This document shows positions 12,601-25,942 of a DNA stretch of 64,000 nt, one piece after another. A program made the translations under genes and the position numbers. Each line of letters opens with the position of its first letter. Position 1 is the stretch's first letter. Source of the stretch: Hyphochytrium catenoides (lineage: Eukaryota; Protista; Hyphochytriomycota); contig FLMG01000154.1 of assembly GCA_900088475.1 (NCBI GenBank), positions 62,001 to 126,000 of the forward strand, given 5' to 3'. The notes under the pieces are model-generated. The model saw nothing but the letters and a program-made list of their open reading frames with translations. It made no database searches and was not told where the DNA came from.

Positions 12601-13164
12601 TGTTTTGTCTCTCTTCTCTCCCCTACCTTCTTCTTGCCTTTACTAATCTCTCTCTTTCTCCAGTTTGCTTTTAGCTTCTAACGGTCTTCATCTTCTCTTG
12701 GCTCTGATCATGTCTCTTCTGCCCTGTCTCCTCTCTCTTCCTACGCTCTCAATATGTACTTCCCAATCCTTTACAGCTTCTCTCGCCGTGTCATCTCCTT
12801 TTCTCTCTGTCTCTCGCCCATCATTGGCTTGTGGGGCCAGGATTCCATCTTCTCCTCATCCTTCCGGGCAACTTCTTATGAACGGGTTCGGGAACTGCTG
12901 TCAGCTTATGGCTGAGGAAAGCTCCACCTGGCCCTCGAGTGACCAAGAGACACGGTCGGGGAAGAGAGAAAGAGAGAATCCGAGCAGACGTACACTCAAA
13001 GAGAAGCTTATCAAGGAGACATCGTGAAAGAGAGTGAGAGAGAAAGAAGCAATACGAGCAGGAGGGAACGGGGAGAAAAAGATGGAAAGTCGTCGACGAC
13101 TAAACGCCTTCGCGGTTCAACTATCCGCTTGAGTGCACTTTCTCTTTCCTGTTGATTCCCCACG

Positions 13165-16100
13165 ATGGCATTAGACTCTGAAAAGACTGAAGAAGGAAGG
13201 GAAGGAGAGGCGGCGGATATAATGAAAACGGCCGTATCTACTTCCAAGACTGCTTCTCCCAGACAACCAGGGAAAGGGAAGACAGGGAGAACAGAGATGA
13301 ACTTCCTCTCTCCACGAACCTTCGATCTTCCAACGGAGAATAAGGAGAAGAAGAGCCGGAAGCTACGGCATCAGCTGATCCTGCAAGGTACCAGCATTCA
13401 TCGAACTCATAGGTCACCGCACCTCGCCGCCCTCTTCATGCCTTGGACCTCTCCCTCTTTCGCGACTTTCAAGAGCTCCTCCCTTTGCATCTTGGGCCTT
13501 GTCCTCCTGCCCTAGTCTCTCTCTATATCTTTCTTTCTCTCTCTCTCGTCGCGTTGCACCCTGCCAATCTACCTGTTTGATCCCAACATTACAGCCTCTC
13601 TGACTGACACGTTCATAGGCTTTGGGCTCTTCAGTCTGGTGGTCTGCTTTGTTCTGGAACTTTTCGTCTTTTCTTCTCTCTCGCTTCCTGGACTGGGCTC
13701 GGTCCTTCTATCCATCGTCTTCACTTTGTCCATCCTCCACGCGCATTGCGCCCTACAGCGCCCTGAGAAGAGCTCCAGCAGGCTCCTAGCTCTCCGAACG
13801 GTCTATGAAGCAGGTAGGGCTATGTCTAGACCGGAGAGGATAGCTATGAAGAACAGGGAAAAAGAGCGAATGATGGGATCAAGAGAGACAGTAGAGTGAC
13901 AGTGACAGAGGCAAACCAGCCGCACCGGGATCAATTGAAAAGCCTCTTTTTGAGAGAAGGAGAGGGAGCGAGGGACACTCACAGACAGACGGCAAAAGAC
14001 ACAGGAAAGAAAGAAAAAGAGAGACTAAAGACGATTTGCTTGTATATCTGTGCTAACACTTGCTCCTTTCTCTTTCCCTCTTTCCTTTCGTCTTCCTTAG
14101 TGTTCGCGCTCTCAGCCTTCCTTGGTGCTGTGCTAGGTGGACACGCCCCTTCTCCAACTCCCTCCTGCGTCTTTCTCTCTCTTCTCTCCTACTTTCTCTT
14201 GACCAGTGCCGAGACGGTCAGTCTCTTGCATGGCTATCGCTTTTTGGGGATTATCATCAATCCTTTCTCTCACACCTTCTTCGCCGGTGTGAAGTCGGTG
14301 GGCTTGCTTCTCTGTCTGCCTCTGGGCGCCACTTTTCTCAACGTTGTGATCATGGCAGCAACCCACGGTCTGTCGCCTCCTTCTTTGCTCTTTCTCACCT
14401 CGATCTCGCTCCCTGTCTCGCTTTCTCTCTCATCCTTCTTTTATCTCTCTCTCTCTCTCTCTCTTCTCTCTCATTCCTCTATGATGCTCTCCTTCTCGTG
14501 TCTTCTCCCTTTTCATGTCCTTCTCTTGCCCTAGCTAGCCAAGGCCCAATATGAGCAAATCCTGCAACCTGAGCACCCTGTTCCTGATAGACCTGATAAC
14601 CATCAAAGAGAGAGGAAGCTCTGGTGTCGCTCTTTTCTAACCTCCCTCTGTCCCCTTGGTCTACCGTCGTGCAGGGCAACAGATGACGGAACAGATGTGC
14701 CGCGTTATCTCTCGTAGCGCCACTGAGAGTGTAGACGCAGAGAGCTGGGAGTTGAAGATTATTCTTCTCTATTGGCTTCCCCTTCTACTGTTGATAGGCT
14801 GTGAGCTCGTTATACTGAGCGGCGTATGCTTTGTCTTCGTAGAGGAGAGAAAGAGTAGACTCCCCCGGACTTTTTCCCTGATCAGGCAACGATTGATAGA
14901 GAATCTTGTCATGACAGGCGCCAGTTGCTTTCTATGGCTTGGCATTATGGTCACAGCCACCGTTGATTTGTCACCAGTGGCGAAGGAGAAGGCGGTGGTG
15001 AGGAACGGAGAGAAAGAGAGACTCTTCTGGTTCCTCTTGACGAGTGGGAGGAGCTACGTAACGTTCTTTAGTTTTTTCTTAGCGAATGGGAGTCCAGACT
15101 TTAGACTGAAGGGGAAACCACGGCCAGAGAACGTGGAAGAGCCTGAGCAGGAAGATCAACCAGAGGTGCGCCGCAAGACTGTCTTTCCACCTCTCTATCT
15201 TATCTATGTGTACACTGTCTCGATTTCTACCCCCTGCTGTGCCCCTAAAGACCTTTTACCTCCATCATTTTGGGCCCTGCGCCAGAGTCAAGACACGTAC
15301 TGTTCAGAGCGAGTGCGCTTGGCGCGAACTCTCTCCCTGTCCCTCCTCTTCCACCCATTTCCCCCATCTCCTTCCTTCTGCGTCTCTCTCTCTCTCCCTC
15401 TCTCTCTCTCGCGGTCTCTCTCTCTCTCTCTCTCNNNNNNNNNNNNNNNNNNNNNNNNNNNNNNNGTCTCTCTCTCTCTCTCTCTCTCTCTCTCCCACCC
15501 ACACAAATACAAGCCTTCTTCCTTCACTTTGTCAATCTATATCTTTTTCGTTTTCCGCTCCATGCTTCAATAATCTTCTTCTGATTTCCTTCGTCTTGTG
15601 TGCCTTGCCTTCTAAACAGACCAAGAAGCTCCTGCGTTACGAGATTCTGTTCTACACCCTCCAAGGAGTGAGAAAGTCTGTTAGGGAGTCAGCCAAGTTA
15701 GACTCTTCCGTACGAGTCCACAGGTTCTCTCTCCATCCACCTTCTCTCTCAGAGAGAGAAGAGGAACTTACACCTCCTGCCAAACGAACGGACGGAAGAG
15801 GGAGGAAGAGCGCTGAGGGTCTACCAAAAACTTCCCATCTACATTCCTCCGAATGGGAAGAGAGGCGGGCGAGCTCAATTAAGAGCTTCGCAGAGATCTC
15901 TGGGAATGTCATCCTGTCCAGGTCACAACTGGAAAAGCCTTCTCGAACCTCCAAACACGCCAGAGGGACCAAGGAAGGCGGTGCGGAGGGAGAGGAGACA
16001 AGCGAGGAATACGACCATTCCTTCCATACCTTTCTTGACTTCTCTCCTTACTATTTTCGCCAAATCCGTCTCTCCTCTTTGCTATCGGACGAAGATTACT

Positions 16101-17882
16101 TAACATCACTTTCTTGGATAGGGAGAGATAGCACCAGCGAGGGAGGAAGCGGTGCTTTCCTCTTCTACACCGCGGATGGCCGGTACATTGTAAAGAGCTG
16201 TCGATGGGAGGAATGCCGCCGTCTTCTCTCTATGATATCAAGCTATGTAGAGTACATACAGTACCATCCTCGGTCCTTTATTAGTCGATTTCTAGGCTGT
16301 CATGCCCTGAAAACGGCGACTGAGAAGTTTAGTTTCTTTGTGATGCAAAATATCTTTGACGTGCCGAAGGTAAGGCGTTGGGGCAGGTTTTGAGCTCTGT
16401 GACTCTCGGCTGGCGCTGGTCCTGGTTCTGCTGATGTTTGTCTAGTTTCTTCCTCTTCCTTGCTTATACTTCTCTCAGACCATCTCCCATTTCTTCCTTA
16501 TACGGTCCTTTTCTTGTCCCTTTCTCCCTAGTCATTATGTCTTCCATCCTCTTCTCATCCCGTTTATCCCTTCTTCTCTGTTTATTTTCCTTATTTCTGA
16601 CTCTATGTCACCCTGCTGCTCGCATTCCTCTCACTCTATTAATCTCGTGATTTAACATATTCCATCGCTCCACTTGCCTCCCTCTTCCTCACTTTCGTTG
16701 CTCACTACTCTGTAGCCAGTACACTACCGCTATGACCTGAAGGGTTCCTGGATCAGCCGAAAGTCCAAACCTCCGCCAAGGGGCGCTGTCGTCACATGCA
16801 GGTTCTGTGCAGCCCGGTACCGCGTGACAAGGAGTTCTCGTCAACCCCATCCTGAAGAGAAGAGACGAGGACAGGGAGAGAAAGCAGTCTTTGGGCTAGG
16901 AAAGCACTCCTCCTGGCTCCTTCGAGGCGGAGGAGGAGGGAGAACGGAGTCAGGTCAACAAGATCACAGTGATGACTCACTGGTGTCCACCCCTTGCTGT
17001 CAGTCGGAGGGCCATGAGGCTGATATTGTGCTGAAAGACTCAGATTTTTTAGCGAGGGAGGAGCCTCTGAAGATTGCAGAAGAGGAGAAAGTCAATATTC
17101 TCACTCGCCTCTGCAAAGATGCGGATTTCCTCTGCAGTCAAGGGCTGATGGACTACTCTCTCCTTTTAGGAATACACGACCAGCGAGTTCGGAGTTTATC
17201 ATCTCCTTCTCTCTGCCCTTCCCCATCCTCCTCCCTTTCTCCAAGAAAGAAGACGAATACGCAAGACGACGAAGAAGAAGGAGGGATGAGCGCTCACATG
17301 GCAGGACATGGTGGAGAAGCAGGAGAAAGGAGCTCCGGCATAGAGAAGTATTCCTCTCTGTATGGAGAAGGTCCTGAGCTGTACTGCTTTGGGCTGATAG
17401 ATGTTCTTCAGGCCTGGACAATAAGGAAGAGGATGGAGCGGTTCTCTAAGGTTTATCTCACGATGCAGGATGGCGAAGGACTTTCTGCCATAGAACCTCA
17501 GAAGTATTGCGAGAGGTTCAAGCTGGCACTTGCCAAGATAATTGGTCTTCCTCCTTCTCTCTCTTCATCGTCATCTTTTCGTCACTCTTACTCTTCGTCG
17601 GTGACCATTCATGCACGCCCCTCACCCCGCTCCAGTTTGACGGCAACTCCACCTGGGAGCAGGGAGTCACGGTGTCGAAAAGACACAATGAAGAGTACCG
17701 ATTCAGGAGATGATAGAGAGGGAGAGCCTGTAGAGGAAATGGAAGCGAGTACAGCTGCTTGGACTGAGATGGAGACCGAAGACCGAGAGAGAGTCCAAGA
17801 AGAAGAAGCTGCTTCCCCTTCGCTACCGTCCGGTTCCCTCTCTCCACTAACTAGTGGACAGCTATCTGACGATCCTACCTAA
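13165..17882 (+). CDS. GPCR-PIPK: N-terminal 7TM receptor-like domain fused to a phosphatidylinositol-phosphate kinase (PIP5K family) domain; about 6 exons
   Basis: Hydrophobic exons lie at ~13595-13813, ~14116-14367 and ~14674-15165, with a TM3-like SCVFLSLLSYFLLTSAE..IINPF. The linker LRYEILFYTLQGV fits the LR(x)9GI motif of GPCR-PIPKs. Kinase motifs: SEGGSGAFLFYTADGRYIVKS, VMQNIF, YDLKGS (~16733), LKDSDF, MDYSLLLGIH, GLIDVLQ, SAIEPQKYCERF. Confidence 0.9.
15383..15495. repeat. (CT)n microsatellite containing an assembly gap (31 N, 15435-15465), inside a GPCR-PIPK intron
   Basis: Seen directly; it lies between the donor at ~15166 and the acceptor at ~15619. Confidence 0.95.
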
Positions 17883-20315
17883 GCTCACTCACGCGTCTCG
17901 GAAAAAAGGAGGAAGAGAAGAGCTGTGACTGAACAAGGATTTTACTCGTAGGAGATCAGAGAGATATTGCACGGCGAAGACACAGATTGTAGCTTCAGGC
18001 TTGACAGCCAGCATGCTGAAAAGTGAGCACAGCAGGAGCACCAAAGGGAGAAAGACAAGGTGTGAGGATAAGGGGGAATTGATACCCAGACCCTATTTAT
18101 TAGCTACAGGCCAAGCTACTCATCGGCCACAACCCAACCATGACTATGTAGTCGTATTGTTATTCTTGACCGAGTTAGCACTCCACCATAGATGCCCTTA
18201 TATAGGCTTCTCCTGGGATATCTGATGTGAGTGGTCGACTGTTGAAGGCAAGGAGAGCTAACTATTTGTCTTCTGATGGCCAGAGTCCGGGACATAGATC
18301 GACCCCAGTGTTGTGCTGAGGAGAAACTCCTCTTCGGGAACTAAGAACAGTCAGACTACTATCCGCTTATGTCACGAACTGACATATTGACCTTAAGCGA
18401 CAGATATTACTATACTTCCCTTTATAACGAGGTCCCATCTCAAACGTTGAGGTAAGGCGTCCAAAGCCCTGTCAGGCGACGAGTTTCCCCTCCATCAACT
18501 GAACATGACTATGACTGTATTGATAGTAGAATCCATGGCTAAGCCACGCTTCTGGTGCCGTGATGAAGCATTGGAGCCACCCTGAGGATGCGCTTACTTC
18601 ATTTGATAGGATAAACGGTTTCGCCTGGTGATCTCTTCGACAGCTGAGCGTGACGCTTTCTTTTTCTCAGTGCGAGCCATTTCTGCTTTGTCTGGGCTGT
18701 TACGAAGAGAGAAACAGTTTCAATGCCGGCGCTGCTTCCACTCCTGTCCTTCGGGTCGATAGCCACGATGGATGTTATTGATGATCCCGGGCGCACAGCA
18801 GGGATATTGTGAGGACGGACTGTCACCTTCCAGTTCCACCTATCTATCCCGCCTTCATCCGCAGCGTCGTCTATTGCCGCTGTCGACCACGAGTTACCAG
18901 CTCGTTATCCTCTATGGCGTGCTTGTGAAGAGCGGCAAGGACACATTTCACCTTCACATTACGGACCGCGACCTCTCGCGCCTGTTCTCCTGTCCGCCGA
19001 GGCTGGTGCCCCGATCCTTGGCCAACAACCTTTAGAAAAGCAGGCAGAAGGCAGTCAGTTTAGGGCCAAGTAGTACAGTCATTATGTATTGGACAGATAA
19101 TAAGATGGCAACGCGGCTGAGGTTATTAGGATGGCAGTAGGACTATATAGTATAGGCTACTGATGTTATTTGTTATTCTGGGGAGAGGACGGTATTCTAA
19201 GGTAAAACAGTACTGGAGTAGCAAGAACTACCGCCATAGACGAATATATACTAGAGGGGGACCTGAAAATAGCGGCCGTAGGCTTTTTTTCGGCGTTCTG
19301 TAAAAGGGTAGTTGCCCACTTCTCACGGGTGCCCGATATTTGCTGCTTATCTGCGAAAAGTAGAGGAGAGCATCTGATCTAAGAAGGGAAACCCTGAGCA
19401 CCTCGTCGCCTCGCTTTCTTAGTCACTCTCCTCTTGGTTCTGATCGCCGTGTATCCAGTCATTTATTACTGTCCTCTCTTCGACGTCCACCTCGCCTTGC
19501 CTCGCCCTGTGGGAGCGCCAGAGCCCTGGCTCTCGTTTGCAAGGATGAATAAGGCTTAGAGGCGTGTCCAGAGAGACGAAGGATGAGGGATGGCTTCGTA
19601 GGAGGTTTATTCCTCTTCTTTGACACGCGGTTGAGAGTAATAAGAGTAGAACTAGATTGACAGCAATGCCCGCATGGCCGTCGGTCATCATCATTATCAT
19701 AGTCGTTCTCTCGCCGCTTCATGTCCCTCTCTTCGTCCTATATATGGGCGGATGATGCTCCTGTTGTCATGGGCGAGCTATCGGAGTAACTGCCACTAGT
19801 GCCACGGTCTATTGAATAACGATGGGGAGGCAAGAGACGCTGTTGGAGAAGAAGTAGACCTAAGATAAAGAGAGTTTCTCTTCGATTTTAGCAGGCAAGC
19901 AAGGAAGAGCCATTGGAGAGGGAGCTGAGGAAGTGAACTCTTTCCCGTACCCAGAGCGATGCTATCGCCCTATTCTCTGCTTCTGTCTCACGATCGATTA
20001 CATCGTTCCTCTATCTTTTCGCTAAAGTGTTCGTCTGCCGTCGATCTCTGTTGATTGTCTTCTTTTCTCTCTATGACGAAGGGCTCTGCCATATCTGACA
20101 ACCAGTGACAACGTCACAGCTGCAGCTCACCGCCTTTGACGAAGGTGAGGGTGAATGACAACCCTCCTCAAAGGAGGCTAGTTCTCTTATATCTGTCACC
20201 AGGAAAGTTCCGTCACAAGTAGAGGTTACCTCACTCCCCAATCGCAGAGCCCGAGCCACTATCTTCTAAAACGCTAGGACTGCAACCCTTGGCTCGGGCC
20301 CTTTCTCAGGTCAAT

Positions 20316-22828
20316 ATGGACCTACATCTGACCGCGCTCTTCCCTTCGGTGAAGCACGTGGCTCTTTCTATTCTTCTATCAACTGTCTTTGCTAGCTCAG
20401 GTCTTGCCACTGTGATTGATGAGAACACGGAGATCGTCGCGTTCTCTGCCCCTTCCTACTGGCAGCCACCAGCACAATTCTGGACAAATATTGGAAAAGT
20501 TGGAAATGGCAGCACACAGGCAGAGTGTGCCATGAAATATGCAGAGCAGAGGCTGCAAGAAGAGGCACACCGGCATCATAATAGCACCATCTCTTCTACT
20601 CCTTTATCTCCTTCACGAGTTACTCTCCTCCCTCCACTTCAGGCCGTCAGGAGCTTCCGGGACGAACATAATGGGCTTTACCATCAACACCTTGTACAGA
20701 CATTCAATGGCGTGCCTCTAGAGAATGGTCTGATTAAGGTCTCAATAGACTCAGGCAACAAAATCATCGCTTACGCTAGCACTCTGGCGCCAGAAACTCT
20801 CTCAGCTATGCTGTCTGTCTCTTCGTCTAGGACACCCCGATTCCGCAACGCCTGGCGTCCAGAGCTCTCAGCATCAGAAGCTGTCTCGCAATTTGCCGAA
20901 ATGGTTGGCCTCCCCAGTGTTGATCTCAACCTCTTAGAAGAGGAGTCAGAACCGACCGACAAGAGGACCGACCGAGCCTTGAAGGTGAGAGTGAAGCATG
21001 TTCCTTTCAGTCTTGGCGGAGAGGTATGTGCGGGCTTGAAGTTCTTCCAAACGCCAGAAGGGGGTCTGGAGCTGGTGTGGAGCCTACAGATTGAGACCGT
21101 AGATCGATGGTAAGACCATCCCCTTGGAACTAGGCTGTCTCTGAAGCATTGTCGCTTGCCCTTGGCCGCATACGTTATCAGCACCTTGTCAGCTCCTCCG
21201 CCAGAGATATTAAGCCAGCCGTAGAACCCCTTCCCTCGCCCTTGCGACCTCCTCTTTGCTACCCAGCTTGCTGCAAACTCCTTTCCCGCTGTCGTTGCCA
21301 TCTTACCACCTTTGCTTGACGCACGGTAACGCTTACACTTACAGAGAATATATCTGCCGCTTTCCCTACCAACTCTTACAGGCTAAACGCTTTCGTCAGT
21401 GCTACTGACGGCCACATGGTGGCTGTCTCAGACTGGGGCGCTGACGCTAACCCTTCCGCCACCTTTCGTCGAGATGGAGCCGTAGGAAGGCGGTTTTCTT
21501 CTTTCAGTATAGAGGTTCCGAAGGCGAAAACGGCACATCTCTATCCTTCATCGATGCAGCTTATGCAGGCCATGCTCTCACAGGGGGAAGAAGCTTCGAC
21601 ATCTCGTCAGGAGGGACTTCGCACAGCTCCAGAGACAGGAATATCTGGTGTTACCTACCGGGTCTTCCCCTTGTGGCAGAATAATCCCCTGGAAGGAGAT
21701 CCGGTGACCCTCACTGACCCTCAGGACCTTCGCTACTCAAAACTGGGATGGCACGACGCCGGGAATGGCTCTACACCTTATACCAAAGGGAACAACGTCT
21801 TCGCCTTCACTGATCCCTATCAAAATGCTAGCCTTGAAGGTAGTGACGGCTTTGCCTTTGCTCCTGAGTATCTATTTGAATTTTCCTATGGAGGCCTCGG
21901 CGCGGAGCCTTCTGAGTATAGAGACTTCTCCATAACGAACGCTTTCTATGTGATCAACGCCTACCATGACTTGCTCTATGCGTACGGCTTCACTCCCGCC
22001 GCCGGAAACTTCCAGTTTGTCGTGGACGAAGCTGAGGGTGGTGGGATAGGACAGGATCCCGTGCTAGTTCGCTGCAGGGATCCAGTAAAAAAGAACAACG
22101 CAAACTTTTATACTCTCCCTGACGGCATTCCTGGACGTATGAACCTCCTCCTGTGGGATGCCTCCACACCTGAGCGAGACACAGCGCTAGACAACGGAGT
22201 CATCATTCACGAGCTTACCCACGGCCTGAGTGGGCGGCTGGTAGGTGGCGCAGATAACCCTAACTGCGTCAGGGGAGATGTGCAATCACGCGGTTTAAAT
22301 GAAGGTTGGGCAGATGCTGTCTCAGCCTTTCTGCGTACAAAGGAGACAGACACGAGAGAGACAGACTTCGTCGTTGCTGCTTACCTAAGAAACATTAGCA
22401 GCTTTGGAGGGCTTCGTATCTACCCCGTGTCCACCGATTTATCGCTGAATAGCCATACGTATAGCGACATGCCGAGCTTCATTGAGGGTGGGCAGTACTA
22501 CCCCATCGGTGAATTATGGACAGCAGCTTTGTATGAAGTCTTCTGGAACCTGATTGAGAAGCTGGGCTTCACAGTGAACTATAAGGACGATGCTAGGAGT
22601 GGCAAGGGCAACACTGTGATGCTGCAGCTGCTGGTAGATGGAATGAAGCTCGTGCCGTGCAACCCCACGATGCTACAAGCCAGAGATGCCCTGCTGCTGG
22701 CTGACAACGTGAATAATGGTGGCGCAAATCATTGTGAGATATGGCGGGGCTTTGCCAAGCGAGGAATAGGCTTCTTGGCAACGGACAAGTTTGAACAGTC
22801 CTTTGATCTACCTGATAATTGCCCATAG
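20316..22828 (+). CDS. Secreted M36 metallopeptidase (fungalysin) with signal peptide and FTP propeptide; 2 exons
   Basis: Hydrophobic N-terminus VALSILLSTVFASSGLA. FTP-like GLYHQHLVQTFNGVPLENG. One intron at ~21110-21381. Catalytic domain motifs: GWH, TKGNNV, YGFTPAAGNFQ, NNANF.T.PDG..GRM, IHELTHGLS (HExxH), GLNEGWAD (third ligand), PCNPTMLQARDA, CEIWRGFAKRG. Confidence 0.95.
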
Positions 22829-24425
22829 AGGACAGGTGAAACGATAAAAGGATGATTCAGCGAGAAGGAAGAAGGGTAATCGTATCGGAACGCCCCTACT
22901 GGCTGGTCTAAAGGCAGGTGACTAAGCGACAAGGAGACAAAAGCCATGATAGTCCAGCGTACGCTAGAGGCTCCCGAAGAAGGCGCACTGGCTGTTCTTA
23001 GAAAACAGAATCGCATAGGAGCACCCTTTTCAAGACTTAGTTCCTGGCTCTGCCTGCTGAATTTGCCCACTTGCAGTGAGTGAAGAGAGCGAACCGATAG
23101 TAAAGAGCGAGAGGAGTGACACTGGGACGAACGTAATAGCATCTTCACAGCAGAAGCAACTCCTGATGAGCTTGCAGAAAGAAGATTGTTCACAGGACTA
23201 AAAAGTTACAAGGATGTCGTGTGTCAACTTTAGATAGGCCGCTTGGTGACGGTCTGGCTAAGCTAAATGTAAGTCTCCGCGTGCCGTTGCTGGGCAGCAT
23301 GTCCTGGGCACTGCGGCCCTTCATCCTGGTTCCTGCATCCACTGCTTGTCCTCTCTCACAGATCCCAAGAATAGAGAAGCTCGACAACTTCATCGTTTCC
23401 TAGCCCATCAACAGACATTCTCCTCACATTCTGATGGTTGGGAACGCCTCTTTGGGGAAAGATTATGATGGCGCTATGTTAGCGTTAAAACCTGCTGCCT
23501 AGACTTAGTTCCGAAGCGACTTCTTCCTGCCGGATCACATCTATAAAAAAGCTTCAGTGTGGTCGTCGTGCCGCTCTTGAGGCTTCCCGTCCTCTTGGTC
23601 ATTGGTCTCGGTTGGCAATGGCTCTGCTGACTCTCCATACCAGAACCTCCTTCGCCATTCATGAAGAGAAGGCGCAATAGATTCTAAAGCTGTACTCCTG
23701 TTCAGCAGTTGGACGCCGCTCTAGCTTGCATGATGGAGCGCGATGACGATGATGGTCTCGGCGCCACGGCCCCTTTCTGCTTCTCCTCCTCCGTCTCCTA
23801 TCATTATTGCTGAAGAGCTCCACCTATCACTCTTCTTGGAGGAGCGCTAAGTCCTCCTCCTCCTCCTCCTCCTTGTTGTGCACTAAATTCTGAGTTCCTA
23901 GTCATAAAGTAGTAGTCGTAAAGCCTTAGCTAAAGACCGAAAACAAGTGGTACTCCTATACCCCAGGCAGACGGACATCCCCAATGCCTTTCGGATTCTG
24001 GACATTTATATTCGTTTTTTGCCGCTTGTTTACGATATTCTCCGGCGCACAAAAGTAGATCTATGTATTTCGAGCTGGATGACGAGCTTCTAAAGGATCT
24101 GAAGAAGAGATCATCGGATGAGTAAAGATCCAGAGAACGTTGTCAGAGGTCGGTCCTGGGGCATGCAGAGCCACGGTCTTTTGATGCAGCACTGGAGTCT
24201 GAGGAGATAGCTCAAGGAGTAGTATAGATACTAGTGCAGATTGTATGGGAAGGACATTCTCTCCGTACTTCAACGTCATCGTTTCCTGATCCAGTGTCAT
24301 GGGCGCGGCGCCAGTGAAGAAGATCGCCTGATCTCTACGACCCGGAGGTCACGGTTCCGATGACCTCCTCCATGATCGTCAGCTGCGCGAGAGTTCGTCA
24401 ATAAAACGAGTGATAACATAGAAGA

Positions 24426-25765
24426 ATGGAGCAGGCTTTACTGTCAGGCAATCTTCAGCCCTTGCTTGAGCTGGTGGCGAAACGTGAAGAAGAAGGGGAG
24501 CGAGACGTAGTAAATGAGCAAGTGAACCGACAGGACAGAACAGGAAGAACTCCTCTGCATCTAGCGGCTCTCCAGGGTTCATCAGAAGCGGTAGGTACCA
24601 TCGCTTATTTTACTCTTCGTCGTTCAGTCTCCCCGTGCCCCTAGCAGTCTTCATGCCGTCGTCATTTTCTTGTTGTTGCTCTCAGCTAATCTGCAGGCTG
24701 TGCACTGCACTTCAGATTGAACTCCTTGCTCAGGCCGGGGCTTTGCCAAACGTCCAGGTAGGCCACTGGCGGAATGCGCCTTCGCGTCATATTGATTTAT
24801 ACGCAAGCTTGTCGCCTTAGCTATCATCTGCCTCAAGTCCCATACCGTCGTACGCTCTTCTCCGTGGCTTGAGCAGCCGCAGTGTATTCTCGTCACAGCT
24901 ATCTCTTTGCTGCTGGCCCTCCCTTGGCGGTTGGGATACACTGAGCGTGTCAGGATGACAAAGGAATGGCTTCCTCTCCTACTCATATTCCCGTTTCGTT
25001 TATGCGGCTCTTTTGATGTCTCTCCTCTTTCCCTTGGCGGCTAATCTAACAAAAGCGTCCGTCGACCATAAGGACGCCCACTCGCAAACGCCTTTGATCT
25101 TAGCAGCAGAGAAAGGCCATGCAAGTGCCGTGTGCGCACTATGTAAAGTATATAAAGGTGACATCCAGCCGAACATTAAGGTGGGTCTATGCACTCTCCA
25201 TCCTCTACTAGCCGCACAGAGTCTCTTCGTTGTCAGCATATTCGTTTTCCTCATTCCTCCTCATCCCGGGCTAGCTTTACAGAGCCCTATCAGTTCCTCA
25301 TTGAACTTAAAGGCGTAATCTCCTTCATTTCTTCTTCTTCTTCAGGACTCTTTTGGCCGTACTCCGCTGCATTGGGCAGCCCAAGTACAAAGCAAGGACA
25401 TGATTGAAGCACTCCTTGGCCTACCTTCACTGAACATCAATGCTGCGACTACCGGCGGAGAAACCCCTCTTCATTGGTTCGCCTCCCTGGAGGCCCCTGA
25501 CACCTCTATTCTCTCTCTTCTTCTCTCAGCAGGGGCTGACCCAACGCTAAGAAATGCTGGGGATAAAAGGCCACTAGAAGTAGCTAAAGATGACAAAGTA
25601 AGGTCCCTTCTCCTGTCTAGAGAGCAAGAGAAAGAGCGAGAGGAAGAAAGAAAGAGGAAGGAGGCTGTTGCAGCTTCAGCCGTAGCTGTTGAGAGCAGGC
25701 CTGTGCACCTAGGTCCAGGCCCTCAAAAGAAGAAGAAGCTCACCATCACGTTGAAGAAGAAATAA
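24426..25765 (+). CDS. Ankyrin-repeat protein with Lys-rich C-terminal tail; multi-exon
   Basis: Repeats read GRTPLHLAA, SQTPLILAAEKG, GRTPLHWAA, GETPLHWFA and GADPTLRNAGDKRPLEVA; the tail is KKKKLTITLKKK. The junction around 24954-25055 is unresolved. Confidence 0.82.
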
Positions 25766-25942
25766 CGAACTGCAGCTCTTTATAAATCAATAGAGAAACG
25801 CCTTCCTAGATCGCCTAGGGTTATAGAAAGCCGTTCTCTATAATAGGCCACTGCTCTTTCCTAGGTAATCGCTGTGACCCCAGGTGAAGACTCCTTGATA
25901 ATCAAGAACAACAGAAAAGGTATCCAGGAAACAGAGAGGCAT

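Noticed and set aside
22850-24300. Short minus-strand ORFs between fungalysin and the ankyrin gene
   Set aside because: I could build no coherent splice model or motif; frames are interrupted by stops.
24344-24368. Small hairpin GGAGGTCA..TGACCTCC upstream of the ankyrin ATG
   Set aside because: An 8-bp stem is expected by chance in 64 kb; no family resemblance.
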